IMG/VR virus record: IMGVR_UViG_3300013212_000061
Span: 1-64,000 of that record
DNA: 64,000 nucleotides
Reading direction: 5' to 3' (one strand)
From: a virus
Lineage: Duplodnaviria; Caudoviricetes
Positions 38,670 through 48,501 of this stretch are shown here, in pieces. Below the pieces are notes generated by a model. That model was not told the DNA's origin and made no database searches. It saw only the letters and a program-made list of their open reading frames with translations. The number at the start of each line of letters is the position of its first letter. The first letter of the stretch is position 1. The translations under genes were made by a program, and so were the position numbers.

Positions 38670-39291
38670 GAAGAGAATAGCCGAGTTAAGCAAAGAATTT
38701 GGAGGTAAAATAAGAGCCTCTCGAGCATGTATGGATTGGTATGAGGCTGGAATTAAATCTAAAAGTGTAGCTGAGGCTAAACTAACCCGATCGCGCTTTC
38801 AACCTGGAAAGATTTATGTTTTTAAATACGATCCAAAATATGCAAAAAAACTTCCATGGTTTGATGCAAATCCAGTAGTATTAGCCATTGAACAAGTTAA
38901 TAATAATGACCTTGGAATTAATTTAAACCTGCTACCAGTTCCTTATAAAGAGAAATTGTTGGATGAGTTATTTACCCGTATGAATATAAAAGTAGATGTA
39001 CAAGAAACAAACATAATTTCAGAAATTCTTGGAATTGAAACACCGAGTGGAATTGATGCACTTAAAGAAAAACCTCTCCGGATAACTTATGCAGGAATTA
39101 AAGCATACCTTGAAAAAGATGGATATGATTTTGCCATAAGACAATATATACCTTCAAGAAAGAGTAACCAAGCAGTTGTTAGTTATTCAAAATGGCCAGA
39201 AATAGCACTATGTGATTTTATGGATTTTAACAAAACAAATGTAATGAAGGTCAGATTAATGTTTAATGACTATTTAAAAAAGAATATATAA
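38656..39291 (+). CDS. gp2: DNA end protector protein
   Basis: PGKIYVFKYDPK...LPWFD.NPVVL, GINLNLLP. Confidence 0.75.
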   Translation: MGYIKKRIAELSKEFGGKIRASRACMDWYEAGIKSKSVAEAKLTRSRFQPGKIYVFKYDPKYAKKLPWFDANPVVLAIEQVNNNDLGINLNLLPVPYKEKLLDELFTRMNIKVDVQETNIISEILGIETPSGIDALKEKPLRITYAGIKAYLEKDGYDFAIRQYIPSRKSNQAVVSYSKWPEIALCDFMDFNKTNVMKVRLMFNDYLKKNI

Positions 39292-39313
39292 CTTAAATTA
39301 ATATAATAATATA

Positions 39314-40912
39314 ATGGCAGGATTTGTACAAAGAAATGGTCCATTGACTAAACAACCATTCAACTTAAGTAGCACCCTTAAGAAGTTATCTTCTTTCGGT
39401 ATGTACTATGATGATTTGGTGCTTAGACAATCTCAAGCAATCGGACCGGTAGAAGATGCAATTGGTTACGGTCAAATGAACCCAACAGGTCTCGATAGCG
39501 ATGATATGTATGGAGCATTTGCAGCCCTTTCGATGGCTGATACTACAATGCGTAAAAATATTCCATTTTTTGACCAAGCATATCGTGGTAAAAGAGATGA
39601 ACTTAGAGCATTTGCACAGCATGACGAAATTGAAGACATCTTAGATATACTCTGTGATGAGTCAATTGTATATGATAGCAAAAACTTCATGGCCAATCCA
39701 GAGATTATCGGTATGGAAGTTTCTGAAGATGTGCAGAAATATCTTAATAAAGCATATAGAGACCTCTATCAATATTTTGGATTCAATCTAGACCAATCAG
39801 CTTGGTACTTCTATAGAAAATGGTTAATTGATGGTTACCTATCGTTTGAGATTATTTATAATCCTGAAATGTCGGAAGTTATTGGATTTAAAGAAATTGA
39901 TCCAATCACATTGGTCCCAGGATATAACCATGAAGATGGTAAAAAAGTTTGGATTCAGTTTAAAGACGATCCAGTTAAACAGAGAAAATTGTATGATTCA
40001 CAGATTGTGTACATATCATACTCTTCAATTACTACAGCATCAAGGGTTTCTTACCTTGAGCGACTTGTAAGAGCATTCAACTTAATGAGAATTATGGAAC
40101 ATACCAGAGTTATTTGGGCTGTGACAAATTCATCTTATAGAATGAAATTTATTATACCAGTTGGTGGTAAATCTAAAACCAGAGCAAAACAATCCCTTGC
40201 TCAATTAATGAATAACTATAAAGAAGTTGTAGATTTTGATTGGGACAGTGCATCTCTTACAACTAATGGTAAACCAATGTTACAATTTAACAAAGAATAT
40301 TGGTTACCTAGCAAGGACGGAGAACAACCTGAAATTGAAACCTTAGGTGGAGAAGGTCCAGAATTAAGCGACACTGAATCATTAAAATACTTCTCAGATA
40401 AACTTAAAGCAGTTTCAAAAATTCCTTACAATAGATTCATGTATGAAGATGGTGGAGGAGATTTCAATCTAGCTGCCGATGGTATGATTAGAGATGAGAT
40501 TAAATTCAGCAAATTTATTAATCGTTTACGTAGTTCATTCCAAGAGATATTGATTAAACCCTTATGGATTCAAATGTGTCTTAAATTTCCAGAATTTAAG
40601 GAGGATGCAGGATTTAGAACCCAAATTGCACTCCGATTTAATGAGGATAATATGTTCTCTGAATTAAAGACAATGGAAATCATGCAAAAGAGACTTGATT
40701 TTATTACTACAATGAAAGATTCACTGGTTAAAACAGATCCAATGACAATGGAAGAAACTCCATATTTTGACATGGACTTCTTAGTTGATAGATACCTTAA
40801 ATTAAGTCCAGATGATAAAGCAGCTAATGATGCATATAAAGCCCGAACTGCTGCTGCCAAAGCTGCCGAACCAGAAGTAGAGGATCCAATGGGCTTAGGA
40901 ATGGGAATGTAA
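39314..40912 (+). CDS. gp20: Portal protein
   Basis: WLIDG, SYLE, LMRIME, EYWLP, IETLGG, KIPYNR, IRDEIKFSKFI.RLR. Confidence 0.9.
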   Translation: MAGFVQRNGPLTKQPFNLSSTLKKLSSFGMYYDDLVLRQSQAIGPVEDAIGYGQMNPTGLDSDDMYGAFAALSMADTTMRKNIPFFDQAYRGKRDELRAFAQHDEIEDILDILCDESIVYDSKNFMANPEIIGMEVSEDVQKYLNKAYRDLYQYFGFNLDQSAWYFYRKWLIDGYLSFEIIYNPEMSEVIGFKEIDPITLVPGYNHEDGKKVWIQFKDDPVKQRKLYDSQIVYISYSSITTASRVSYLERLVRAFNLMRIMEHTRVIWAVTNSSYRMKFIIPVGGKSKTRAKQSLAQLMNNYKEVVDFDWDSASLTTNGKPMLQFNKEYWLPSKDGEQPEIETLGGEGPELSDTESLKYFSDKLKAVSKIPYNRFMYEDGGGDFNLAADGMIRDEIKFSKFINRLRSSFQEILIKPLWIQMCLKFPEFKEDAGFRTQIALRFNEDNMFSELKTMEIMQKRLDFITTMKDSLVKTDPMTMEETPYFDMDFLVDRYLKLSPDDKAANDAYKARTAAAKAAEPEVEDPMGLGMGM

Positions 40913-40933
40913 TTAAATAAAAATATAAATAAA

Positions 40934-41275
40934 ATGAAAATAATTAAAACATTTGAGGAATTTACAAGTTCACTTCAAGAAGATGCAATTGATGCAGGAG
41001 AAGATTCAAAAGTAGTAATTGATGATGTCACACTTGACTCAGGAAAAGAAATTAAATCTACTGAAATTTTAGGGACTATTCTGTCTTCAAAAAGTGAAAA
41101 AGAATTTAAAGAATATTTCTACAGTGAATATGGAAATACTGCATTTACCGAAGAGGATATGTTTACTCTAGTTAAATTTTATAGCGATTATCAAGAAGAA
41201 ACTGCTCAAAAAGAAAAGGATGCTGAAAAAGATGCAGAAGGTGGCGAAGAAAAAGATCCACTAGCCGATCTATAA
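40934..41275 (+). CDS. Acidic prohead core protein (gp67/68-like position)
   Basis: MKIIKTFEEF start; between portal and protease. Confidence 0.55.
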   Translation: MKIIKTFEEFTSSLQEDAIDAGEDSKVVIDDVTLDSGKEIKSTEILGTILSSKSEKEFKEYFYSEYGNTAFTEEDMFTLVKFYSDYQEETAQKEKDAEKDAEGGEEKDPLADL

Positions 41276-41345
41276 AAATTTAAAATTTTTAAAAATCTTC
41301 AAAAATTAACTGGATATATAATAGAAATATAATAAAATAATACTT

Positions 41346-43265
41346 ATGACTAATAACTTACTGATCTTAGAAAGATCGTCAACGGAATTAGAGTTTAAAC
41401 AAGATGGTGGAACCTATGTTCTAGAGGGTATCTTTGGAGAAATCGATAAGAAAAATCGTAATAACCGAATCTATACTGAATCTGAATACTTACCACAGAT
41501 TGAAGCTCTACAGGCAAAAATTAAATCATCAAAGTTACTAGGTGAATTAGATCACCCACAAACATTTGATGTTTCCTTAAAAAATGTGTCACACATTATT
41601 GAAGAGCTTACTTATGATACCAATACAAAGCAAGTTAAAGGACGTATTAGACTATTAGATACTGATGCTGGAAGACAGGCAAAAGCCCTTGTAGACGCTG
41701 GTGTTCCCCTACAAATTTCAAGTAGAGCAGCTGGTGCAGTTGAATCTAATGGAACTGTAAAAATCAAACAATTGTTTACTTATGATTTAGTTGCAGACCC
41801 TGGGTTTGAAAATGCTGAATTGAAAAGAGTTAATGAATCTTATGGATTTGTTAATGAAGGAAACGACCTATTTATTTACGAGATAAATAATACAAATGAA
41901 AAACAATCAATCGAAAATATAAACGAAACAAAAATGGCAGAGTCTAAATTTATTACGACTGAGGATTTTAATAAGTACTCTAAATATCTTTCTGAAGAAA
42001 TCAAATCTATTAAAGAAAGTATGAATTCTTTAACAGAATCAGAGTCTACTAGTTCTCAATTAGAAACACTTAAAGAATACACTGATTATTTAGCTAAGAA
42101 ATTAGATGAATCAATCGCATATTCAGAACACATTGCTGAAAAAGCAGACCAAGGTATTCAATACTCAGAAAATCTTGCAGAGAAAGTTGACCAAGGTATT
42201 CAATATTCTGAGCATATCGCTGAAAGCGTTGATGCTATTAAAAACTACACTAACTATTTAGCTGAATCTTATAATGAAGGTTCTACTTCTTACGATAACT
42301 TAATTAAATATACTGAATATTTAAGAGAAAACTTAGAGAAAGTAACTGAATATGCAGAATACGTTGCAGAAACTGTTAACACTAACCTATTATTAGAAGA
42401 CGAAGCAGGTTTACCAGCTGAAGACCTTAAAGATGAAACAGAAGATGTTTCTCCAGATGTAGTAGATGCTGATGGTAACGTAATCACTGGAAAACCAGAA
42501 GATGTAGAAGGTGAATTAGACCTTAAAGGAGTAGACGGTGCCGGTAAAGAAGTTACTGAAGCAAATGATGGAACTGAAGCAGGTTTACCAGCTGAAGACA
42601 TTAAAAAAGCTACTAAAGATGTTACAGTAGATGTAGTTGATGCTGATGGTAATGTAATCACTGGAAAACCAGAAGATGTAGAAAAAGACTTAGAACTTGC
42701 TGGTAAAGGAGACGCTGCTGGTAAACAAGTTGACCAGATGGAGGCTTACAAAAATTCAATCACTTCTAAATTAGAAGCTATTGTTGAAAAAGTAAATGCT
42801 AAAAAATCAGAAAATCCAGCATTCTTTAAATTTATCTCTGAAGAGAAAGTAAATGAATTTAATGCATTATCTACTGAAGAAAAATCTAAAGTTGTAACTG
42901 CTGTTGAAGGTCGCGGTTACCTTACTGAAGGACAAATATTAGCCCTATGGAACACTTCATTATCAGGAGTTGTAGAAACTAATAATGCTCCTACAGTTAT
43001 TAAATTAATGCCAACTGAATACCATGATACTTGGGCTAAATGTTCTGAAGGTAAGAAAAATCAAATCATAGCACAATCTAAATATCACAAACTAGAAACA
43101 CCTTACCAAGTTGCAAACTTCTGGCAAACTAGAGACCTTAGAGAGGTTGCTCCAGTAATGGAAAAAATTGCTATGGTAAATGAATCTACTGTTGAAGAAG
43201 TTAAAACTTTAGGTTATGATGCATCTGAATTAGGAGCTGAAATTGCAAAAAGATTTAGAAAATAA
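41346..43265 (+). CDS. gp21: Prohead protease fused to scaffold/core domain (gp21+gp22-like)
   Basis: LEGIF, NRNNRIY, LGELDHP, SSRAAG, YDLVADPG, followed by an acidic coiled-coil with YxEYLAE repeats. Confidence 0.85.
   Translation: MTNNLLILERSSTELEFKQDGGTYVLEGIFGEIDKKNRNNRIYTESEYLPQIEALQAKIKSSKLLGELDHPQTFDVSLKNVSHIIEELTYDTNTKQVKGRIRLLDTDAGRQAKALVDAGVPLQISSRAAGAVESNGTVKIKQLFTYDLVADPGFENAELKRVNESYGFVNEGNDLFIYEINNTNEKQSIENINETKMAESKFITTEDFNKYSKYLSEEIKSIKESMNSLTESESTSSQLETLKEYTDYLAKKLDESIAYSEHIAEKADQGIQYSENLAEKVDQGIQYSEHIAESVDAIKNYTNYLAESYNEGSTSYDNLIKYTEYLRENLEKVTEYAEYVAETVNTNLLLEDEAGLPAEDLKDETEDVSPDVVDADGNVITGKPEDVEGELDLKGVDGAGKEVTEANDGTEAGLPAEDIKKATKDVTVDVVDADGNVITGKPEDVEKDLELAGKGDAAGKQVDQMEAYKNSITSKLEAIVEKVNAKKSENPAFFKFISEEKVNEFNALSTEEKSKVVTAVEGRGYLTEGQILALWNTSLSGVVETNNAPTVIKLMPTEYHDTWAKCSEGKKNQIIAQSKYHKLETPYQVANFWQTRDLREVAPVMEKIAMVNESTVEEVKTLGYDASELGAEIAKRFRK
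42402..42725 (+). repeat. Tandem duplication with 174-bp (58-aa) period in the scaffold domain
   Basis: GAAGCAGGTTTACCAGCTGAAGAC at 42402 and 42576; EAGLPAED...DVVDADGNVITGKPEDVE twice. Confidence 0.9.
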
Positions 43266-43426
43266 TCTTATTTTTGGGTTTTTTTAAAAAAATCAAAAAA
43301 AACGTAGATATATAATACTTATTAAAACATATTCGATGCTCAGTTAAGAAGCAAAAAACTGAAATTATATCGAAAACTCGTAATATACGAAAAACATAAA
43401 ACCATTAAAAAAAAATAAATTTACAA

Positions 43427-44929
43427 ATGGCAAATTTAATTAATGAAGCAGAAATCAGAGCAACGTGGGCTCCGATTATCGAATCTGCGACAGGTATCAA
43501 CGATGCAAGCAAATTAGCTTGGATGTCAGAATACTGTCACAACCACAAATTATACGAAGATGCTTCTCAAATGAGCTTAGGTACTGCTGGTAACATCTTT
43601 GGTATGGGTGCTACAACTTTACCTGGTAATACATTCTCAAATGGTATGTCTACTACTAAAGGTTCTGGTGATAAAGCTCCTTCTTTACTTCCTTTAGCAA
43701 TGCAAGTTGCTGCTCAAACTATCGGTCTTGACTTAGTACCAGTAGTTCCTATGGCTGGTCCAATGGGATTATTGTCTTACTTAGACTTCGTTTACGAAGG
43801 TGGTAAATTAGGTGGAACTGTTGCTCCAACTTACATTAAAGCTAACCCAGTTGCTGGTGTTATTGATATCGCTGCTGCTACTTCTGGTACTCCAGCTGTT
43901 GCAATCTCAGCTGCATATACTTTCATTGGAAAATCTCGTATCGATGGTTATTCAATCTTCAAAGTAGTTGGTGCACCTGTTGCTGCTAACGTTGCTGCGG
44001 ATTTATTAATCGCAGTAAATGCTGTATTATCTCCTGATACTACTGCTACAATCTTAGATGTACAATTAGTAAAAGCTTTAGAGGATCACGTTAAAGGATT
44101 CGCTGCTTCTACTGCTACTGGTACTCCATTCTCAAGAGAAGCTGGAGAACAAACTCCAGATAAAATCATGGGATTATCTTTATTCTCTAAAAGCGTTACA
44201 GCTGAAACTTTCCAAGTTGCTGCTGCCGTTACAAGAGAACAAGTTCAAGATTTAAAACAATTCGGAGTTGATGCTGTTGCTCAAGTTGAAGCTGTTTTAA
44301 CTAATGAATTAACTCAAGGTATTAACCAATACATCTTAGGAAGAATCAGAACATTAGGTGCTCTTAACGTTACTAGAGCGTTCAGTTCTAATGCATTTGA
44401 CTTAAGCTTACCTACTGCTGCATCTTTATCAGGTGGAGAAACTTTACCTTCTGTTCACAGAAGAATTCTTTCTCAAATCTTAGCTTCTGCTAACTTGATC
44501 GCTAACAGAGGTAGAAGAGGTGCTGGTAACTTCGCAGTATGTGGACCACAAACTGCTACAGTTTTACAATCAATTGCTGGTTTCGTTGCAAACCCAATGG
44601 CAAATACTTTCGCACAAGCTGCTGGAGCTATCTACCCATTAGGATCTGTTGCTGGAATTAACATTTATACTGACCCTACAATGGACTGGTTTGATTATTC
44701 AATCGCAGTTGGTAGAAAAGGAGACGGAAACGGACCTGGTATCGTATTCATGCCTTACTTAATGGCTGAATCAGTTCAAGCAATTGCTGAAGGAACTATG
44801 GCTCCTAAAGTAGCTGTTAAATCTAGATTCGCTCTAGTTGATGCAGGATTCCACCCTGAAACTCAATACGTTGAGTTTAACGTAACTGTTGCAGGTAGTG
44901 CTACAGCTAACTTATTAACATTAGCTTAA
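43427..44929 (+). CDS. gp23: Major capsid protein
   Basis: WAPIIE, LVPVVPMAGPMG, EQVQDLK, L.NEL...IN, RRGAGNF, FMPY, P...KSRFAL; strong codon bias. Confidence 0.92.
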   Translation: MANLINEAEIRATWAPIIESATGINDASKLAWMSEYCHNHKLYEDASQMSLGTAGNIFGMGATTLPGNTFSNGMSTTKGSGDKAPSLLPLAMQVAAQTIGLDLVPVVPMAGPMGLLSYLDFVYEGGKLGGTVAPTYIKANPVAGVIDIAAATSGTPAVAISAAYTFIGKSRIDGYSIFKVVGAPVAANVAADLLIAVNAVLSPDTTATILDVQLVKALEDHVKGFAASTATGTPFSREAGEQTPDKIMGLSLFSKSVTAETFQVAAAVTREQVQDLKQFGVDAVAQVEAVLTNELTQGINQYILGRIRTLGALNVTRAFSSNAFDLSLPTAASLSGGETLPSVHRRILSQILASANLIANRGRRGAGNFAVCGPQTATVLQSIAGFVANPMANTFAQAAGAIYPLGSVAGINIYTDPTMDWFDYSIAVGRKGDGNGPGIVFMPYLMAESVQAIAEGTMAPKVAVKSRFALVDAGFHPETQYVEFNVTVAGSATANLLTLA

Positions 44930-44964
44930 TATTTTAAATTAGAACTAACATTCTAATTATATTT

Positions 44965-44996
44965 AAAGGGAACTGAGAAATCAGTTCCCTTTTTTT
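44965..44996 (+). terminator. Intrinsic terminator
   Basis: AAAGGGAACTGA-GAAA-TCAGTTCCCTTT + T run. Confidence 0.85.
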
Positions 44997-45030
44997 GTGA
45001 TATATAATCTATAACAAAATAAATTAAAAT

Positions 45031-46140
45031 ATGGACGCATTTGAAAATTGGTATACTAATATACTTGAAGAGGTTGCAACAGCACCTGCTAAAACACTAG
45101 CAGGAGATGTCGATACTATTATAAATTCTTTAGATACTCTTGTTAAAGAATTGACTGAAGAACTTGATTCTCCAGAATTTAATGAATTAAATGAAGCTGG
45201 TGAAGAAGGTCCAAGTAAAGTTTGGCAATGGATTTGGTGGATGCCAAAAGCCAGAAAGGCACAGCAAAAGGTTAATAAAATAAAATTGAATGTTGCTGAT
45301 ATGGAATCCGCGGCTGAAGATGCTAAAGATGCAGAACAAAAGGCAAAAATTAATGCAAAAGCAACAATGACAAAGGATCAGGCAAATGAACTTCAAAGAT
45401 TAGTTGATGACAAATACAGTGCAAAAGGAGAACTTGTTGCAAAGGCACTTCATACTGAAAAAATCCTAGGGCAAATTGCATCAATTAAAAGAGTTTCAGG
45501 ATTAGAAGACGATCCGGAAAAAAAGGCTAGTTATAAAGAAAAAATGGCCGAACTTCAGCAAAAATGGAAAGAGGATCAGATTGCAATTAAAGAACTTGAA
45601 CCTTCCGAGGAGGATAAAGCTGCTGAAATTGAAAAAAAGAAAGAAGAGCAAAGACTAGCAAAAGAAAAACAAGATAAATTAGATGCTGATGCCGAATCGG
45701 CTAAAAAAGAAAAAGAGGAAGAGCCTAAAGAAGAACCAAAGGAAGAGCCAGAATCTACTGAAAAAGACCCAAAGGTAAAAGCGTTAGAGGATGAAATTAC
45801 TAAATTAGAACAACAATTAGCAGATTCTGAAAAATCTCCAGATAAGAATAAAGAAGGAATTGAAACACTTAAAGGTGCAATTGTAGGTAAAAAGAATGCA
45901 TTACAAAAATTAAAAGATAAAACAGAACCAAAAGAATCTTTAGTTAATAGAGCCACTGCCTCCGGTTTAGATGAATTAGCATCTGAAATCGCTTCTAAAC
46001 TTGATTGGCAATTAGATGAAGGAACTGTCTTATATCAAAAATATGACAATATCATTAAAAAGACTGAATACTCAAAATCTTTAAATGAGTCAAAGTACCA
46101 AAATCTAAGTGTTAAAGATAGATTCTCTAGATTACTATAA
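45031..46140 (+). CDS. K/E-rich coiled-coil late protein (putative head-internal)
   Basis: Late promoter 44999; LNE sites; EEPK repeats. Confidence 0.6.
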   Translation: MDAFENWYTNILEEVATAPAKTLAGDVDTIINSLDTLVKELTEELDSPEFNELNEAGEEGPSKVWQWIWWMPKARKAQQKVNKIKLNVADMESAAEDAKDAEQKAKINAKATMTKDQANELQRLVDDKYSAKGELVAKALHTEKILGQIASIKRVSGLEDDPEKKASYKEKMAELQQKWKEDQIAIKELEPSEEDKAAEIEKKKEEQRLAKEKQDKLDADAESAKKEKEEEPKEEPKEEPESTEKDPKVKALEDEITKLEQQLADSEKSPDKNKEGIETLKGAIVGKKNALQKLKDKTEPKESLVNRATASGLDELASEIASKLDWQLDEGTVLYQKYDNIIKKTEYSKSLNESKYQNLSVKDRFSRLL

Positions 46141-46635
46141 TTTAGAATTCTTTCTAGCAATATTTAAAAACTCCTTTTGTTGATTCAATAGGAGTTTTTT
46201 TACGTGTTGTTGGAAGGCAACCGAAGATTTTAGGATTCTACCATCCACCATCTTACCACCAAGAGTATCGTGATAGTCAGGATGGACAAAGTTTTCCGCT
46301 CCAAAGTTATTTATATTAGACCTGATAGGTTCTCCAGAAAGGGCACAAGTCCAATCAATTGTATCGTAACTATCCGAAAGCTCTTCGCTCTTCATTAGTT
46401 CCCCAGTAGACCAATCATAATAATACCTGTCCCGTTTTGAATCGTTTTTATGCTTACACATTTCAAAGATAATATGTAGGAACTTGTCAGATTGGGCCCT
46501 TTCTTTTATTAGTGGATTCTCTAGTAGTAATCGACGCTGTTGCCGTGAGAGTCCTTCATAACATACACCATATCTATTCCTTGGATAGGGTCCTCCAGTT
46601 CGACGAATCTTTGGGTATTTGTTATTAAAAGCCAT
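46135..46635 (-). CDS. Hypothetical protein, the only convincing minus-strand gene
   Basis: Fills a 500-bp gap; GATAAATA late-like box 4 nt upstream on the minus strand. Confidence 0.65.
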   Translation of the reverse strand: MAFNNKYPKIRRTGGPYPRNRYGVCYEGLSRQQRRLLLENPLIKERAQSDKFLHIIFEMCKHKNDSKRDRYYYDWSTGELMKSEELSDSYDTIDWTCALSGEPIRSNINNFGAENFVHPDYHDTLGGKMVDGRILKSSVAFQQHVKKLLLNQQKEFLNIARKNSKL

Positions 46636-46699
46636 AAGATATTTATCTGAAACTTATTGGTTCTGTCTTATATAATACCTATAAACTTAAACCTAAAAA

Positions 46700-47650
46700 A
46701 TGATTCAAGCACTTTTTACAGAAAAATATAGACCAAAAAATCTAGAAGATTTAATCCTTCCAGAACGTGTAATGTCAAAATTTGAAAATGGATTAACACA
46801 GAACATGCTATTAGCAGGTAGTCCTGGAACTGGTAAAACTTCAACTGCAAAAGCTATTGTTAACCAATTTGGATTACCATACCTTTATATTAATGCATCT
46901 ACTGATACTTCAGTTGATGTAATTAGAACCCGGATCACTGATTTCTGTTCAACGATGTCAATCCTAGATGACCAAGGAAAATTTAAGGTTGTAATATTAG
47001 ATGAGGTTGATGGTGTATCTGACCAATTCTTTAAAGCGCTTCGTGCAACCATGGAGCAGTTTGCAAGTAACTCCCGTTTTATTGCAACTTGCAATTATGT
47101 TAATAAAATCCCAGATCCAATTCTTTCCAGGTTTGAAGTTATTAATTTTGACTTTGATAAATCCGAAGAGAATGAATTGACCAAGAAATATATTAGAAGG
47201 GTTTATGATATTTGTGGAAAGGAAGGAATGACAATTGAAAAACCTGCATTGGTAGAATTTGTTAAAAGAAACTTTCCGGACCTAAGAAGTACTCTTAATA
47301 AATTACAAGGTTATAAAACGCAAGGTACTCAAAACATTACAGTTGATGATGTTAAAAAGTTTAATTCAGTCTATAAAGACATGTTTGACCTTATTTTTAA
47401 TCAAATGGACCCTGTAGTTAACTATAAGTATATTGTAGGAGAATATTCAAATAGGGTAGATGATGTGTTGCAAACGCTTGGTCAAGAATTTATTGAGTAC
47501 ATACAAACAGAAAAACCTCAAAATGCTCGACACATTCCACAAATTGCAATTTGCGTTGCAGAACATCAAGCACAGAGAACATTAGTAATCGATCCGGTTA
47601 TTACATTGCTTTCATGTGTTTATAAAATTCAAACAATAGTTAACGGTTAA
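46700..47650 (+). CDS. gp44: Clamp loader AAA+ subunit
   Basis: EKYRP, GSPGTGKT, INAS, ILDEVD, SRF, FPDLR. Confidence 0.92.
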   Translation: MIQALFTEKYRPKNLEDLILPERVMSKFENGLTQNMLLAGSPGTGKTSTAKAIVNQFGLPYLYINASTDTSVDVIRTRITDFCSTMSILDDQGKFKVVILDEVDGVSDQFFKALRATMEQFASNSRFIATCNYVNKIPDPILSRFEVINFDFDKSEENELTKKYIRRVYDICGKEGMTIEKPALVEFVKRNFPDLRSTLNKLQGYKTQGTQNITVDDVKKFNSVYKDMFDLIFNQMDPVVNYKYIVGEYSNRVDDVLQTLGQEFIEYIQTEKPQNARHIPQIAICVAEHQAQRTLVIDPVITLLSCVYKIQTIVNG

Positions 47651-47651
47651 G

Positions 47652-48440
47652 ATGGAAAAAGTAGCAATAATTTGCCCAATCAAAGATGAAAATACATTTA
47701 TTCATAAATTCTTTGAGTATTACAAGCAACATTTAGATAGTAAGGATATTTATATTCTAGATTTTGGTTCGTCTGAAGAGTATATAAAAGATGTAATTAG
47801 TCCCAATGCAAATGTAATCCATACCAATGCTGATATTCTAGATGCACCTGGAGTTTTTAATGAAATAAAAAGGCAAATGGTATTGTTAAAATCTAATGGA
47901 TATGATTTTGTGATTCCATTAGATGTTGATGAGATATTATGCTATCATGAAGAGGGAGGACTAAAAGGATTCTTACAAGGTTTAACAAAATCTGACAATA
48001 TAGCTACATGTAGAGGTTATGAAGTAATCCACATTCCAACCCTACAAGAAGACCTAAAAAAGGATGAACCATGGGCACCTCAAATTAAATACTGGTACCC
48101 TGACCAACAGTGGTATGGAAAAACTTTAATTTCAAGAGATCAATTAGATTGGGGAATAGGTTTCCATAAGTATAAAATAAATAATGTTTGGCAACCTGAT
48201 ACAATGGTTGATAATAGATTATTTTTAATTCACATGCATAAAAGTGATTTTAAAACAACAATTGAACGTCACCAAAAATGGTCTTCAATGACTTGGTCCG
48301 ATGAAACTATCGAAAATGGTTACAACTACCATTATAGAATGACCGAAAAGCAAAAAATAATAGATTGGTATTTTGAACCAATCTTAAACAATCCAATATA
48401 CGAAATTCCAGAGATAATAAAAAATAACATAAAAATATAA
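47652..48440 (+). CDS. GT2-like glycosyltransferase
   Basis: CPIKDE, ILDFGS, LDVDE, GFH. Confidence 0.7.
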   Translation: MEKVAIICPIKDENTFIHKFFEYYKQHLDSKDIYILDFGSSEEYIKDVISPNANVIHTNADILDAPGVFNEIKRQMVLLKSNGYDFVIPLDVDEILCYHEEGGLKGFLQGLTKSDNIATCRGYEVIHIPTLQEDLKKDEPWAPQIKYWYPDQQWYGKTLISRDQLDWGIGFHKYKINNVWQPDTMVDNRLFLIHMHKSDFKTTIERHQKWSSMTWSDETIENGYNYHYRMTEKQKIIDWYFEPILNNPIYEIPEIIKNNIKI

Positions 48441-48501
48441 CACAAAATATTTTACCGTGTCAGATTTTTTTATTATATTTACATAAATAAATTATAGAAC
48501 T

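Noticed and set aside
43337-43362. preQ1-I riboswitch in the capsid leader
   Set aside because: Pseudoknot with A-rich tail is superficially similar, but the ligand-binding loop consensus is missing and the context is wrong
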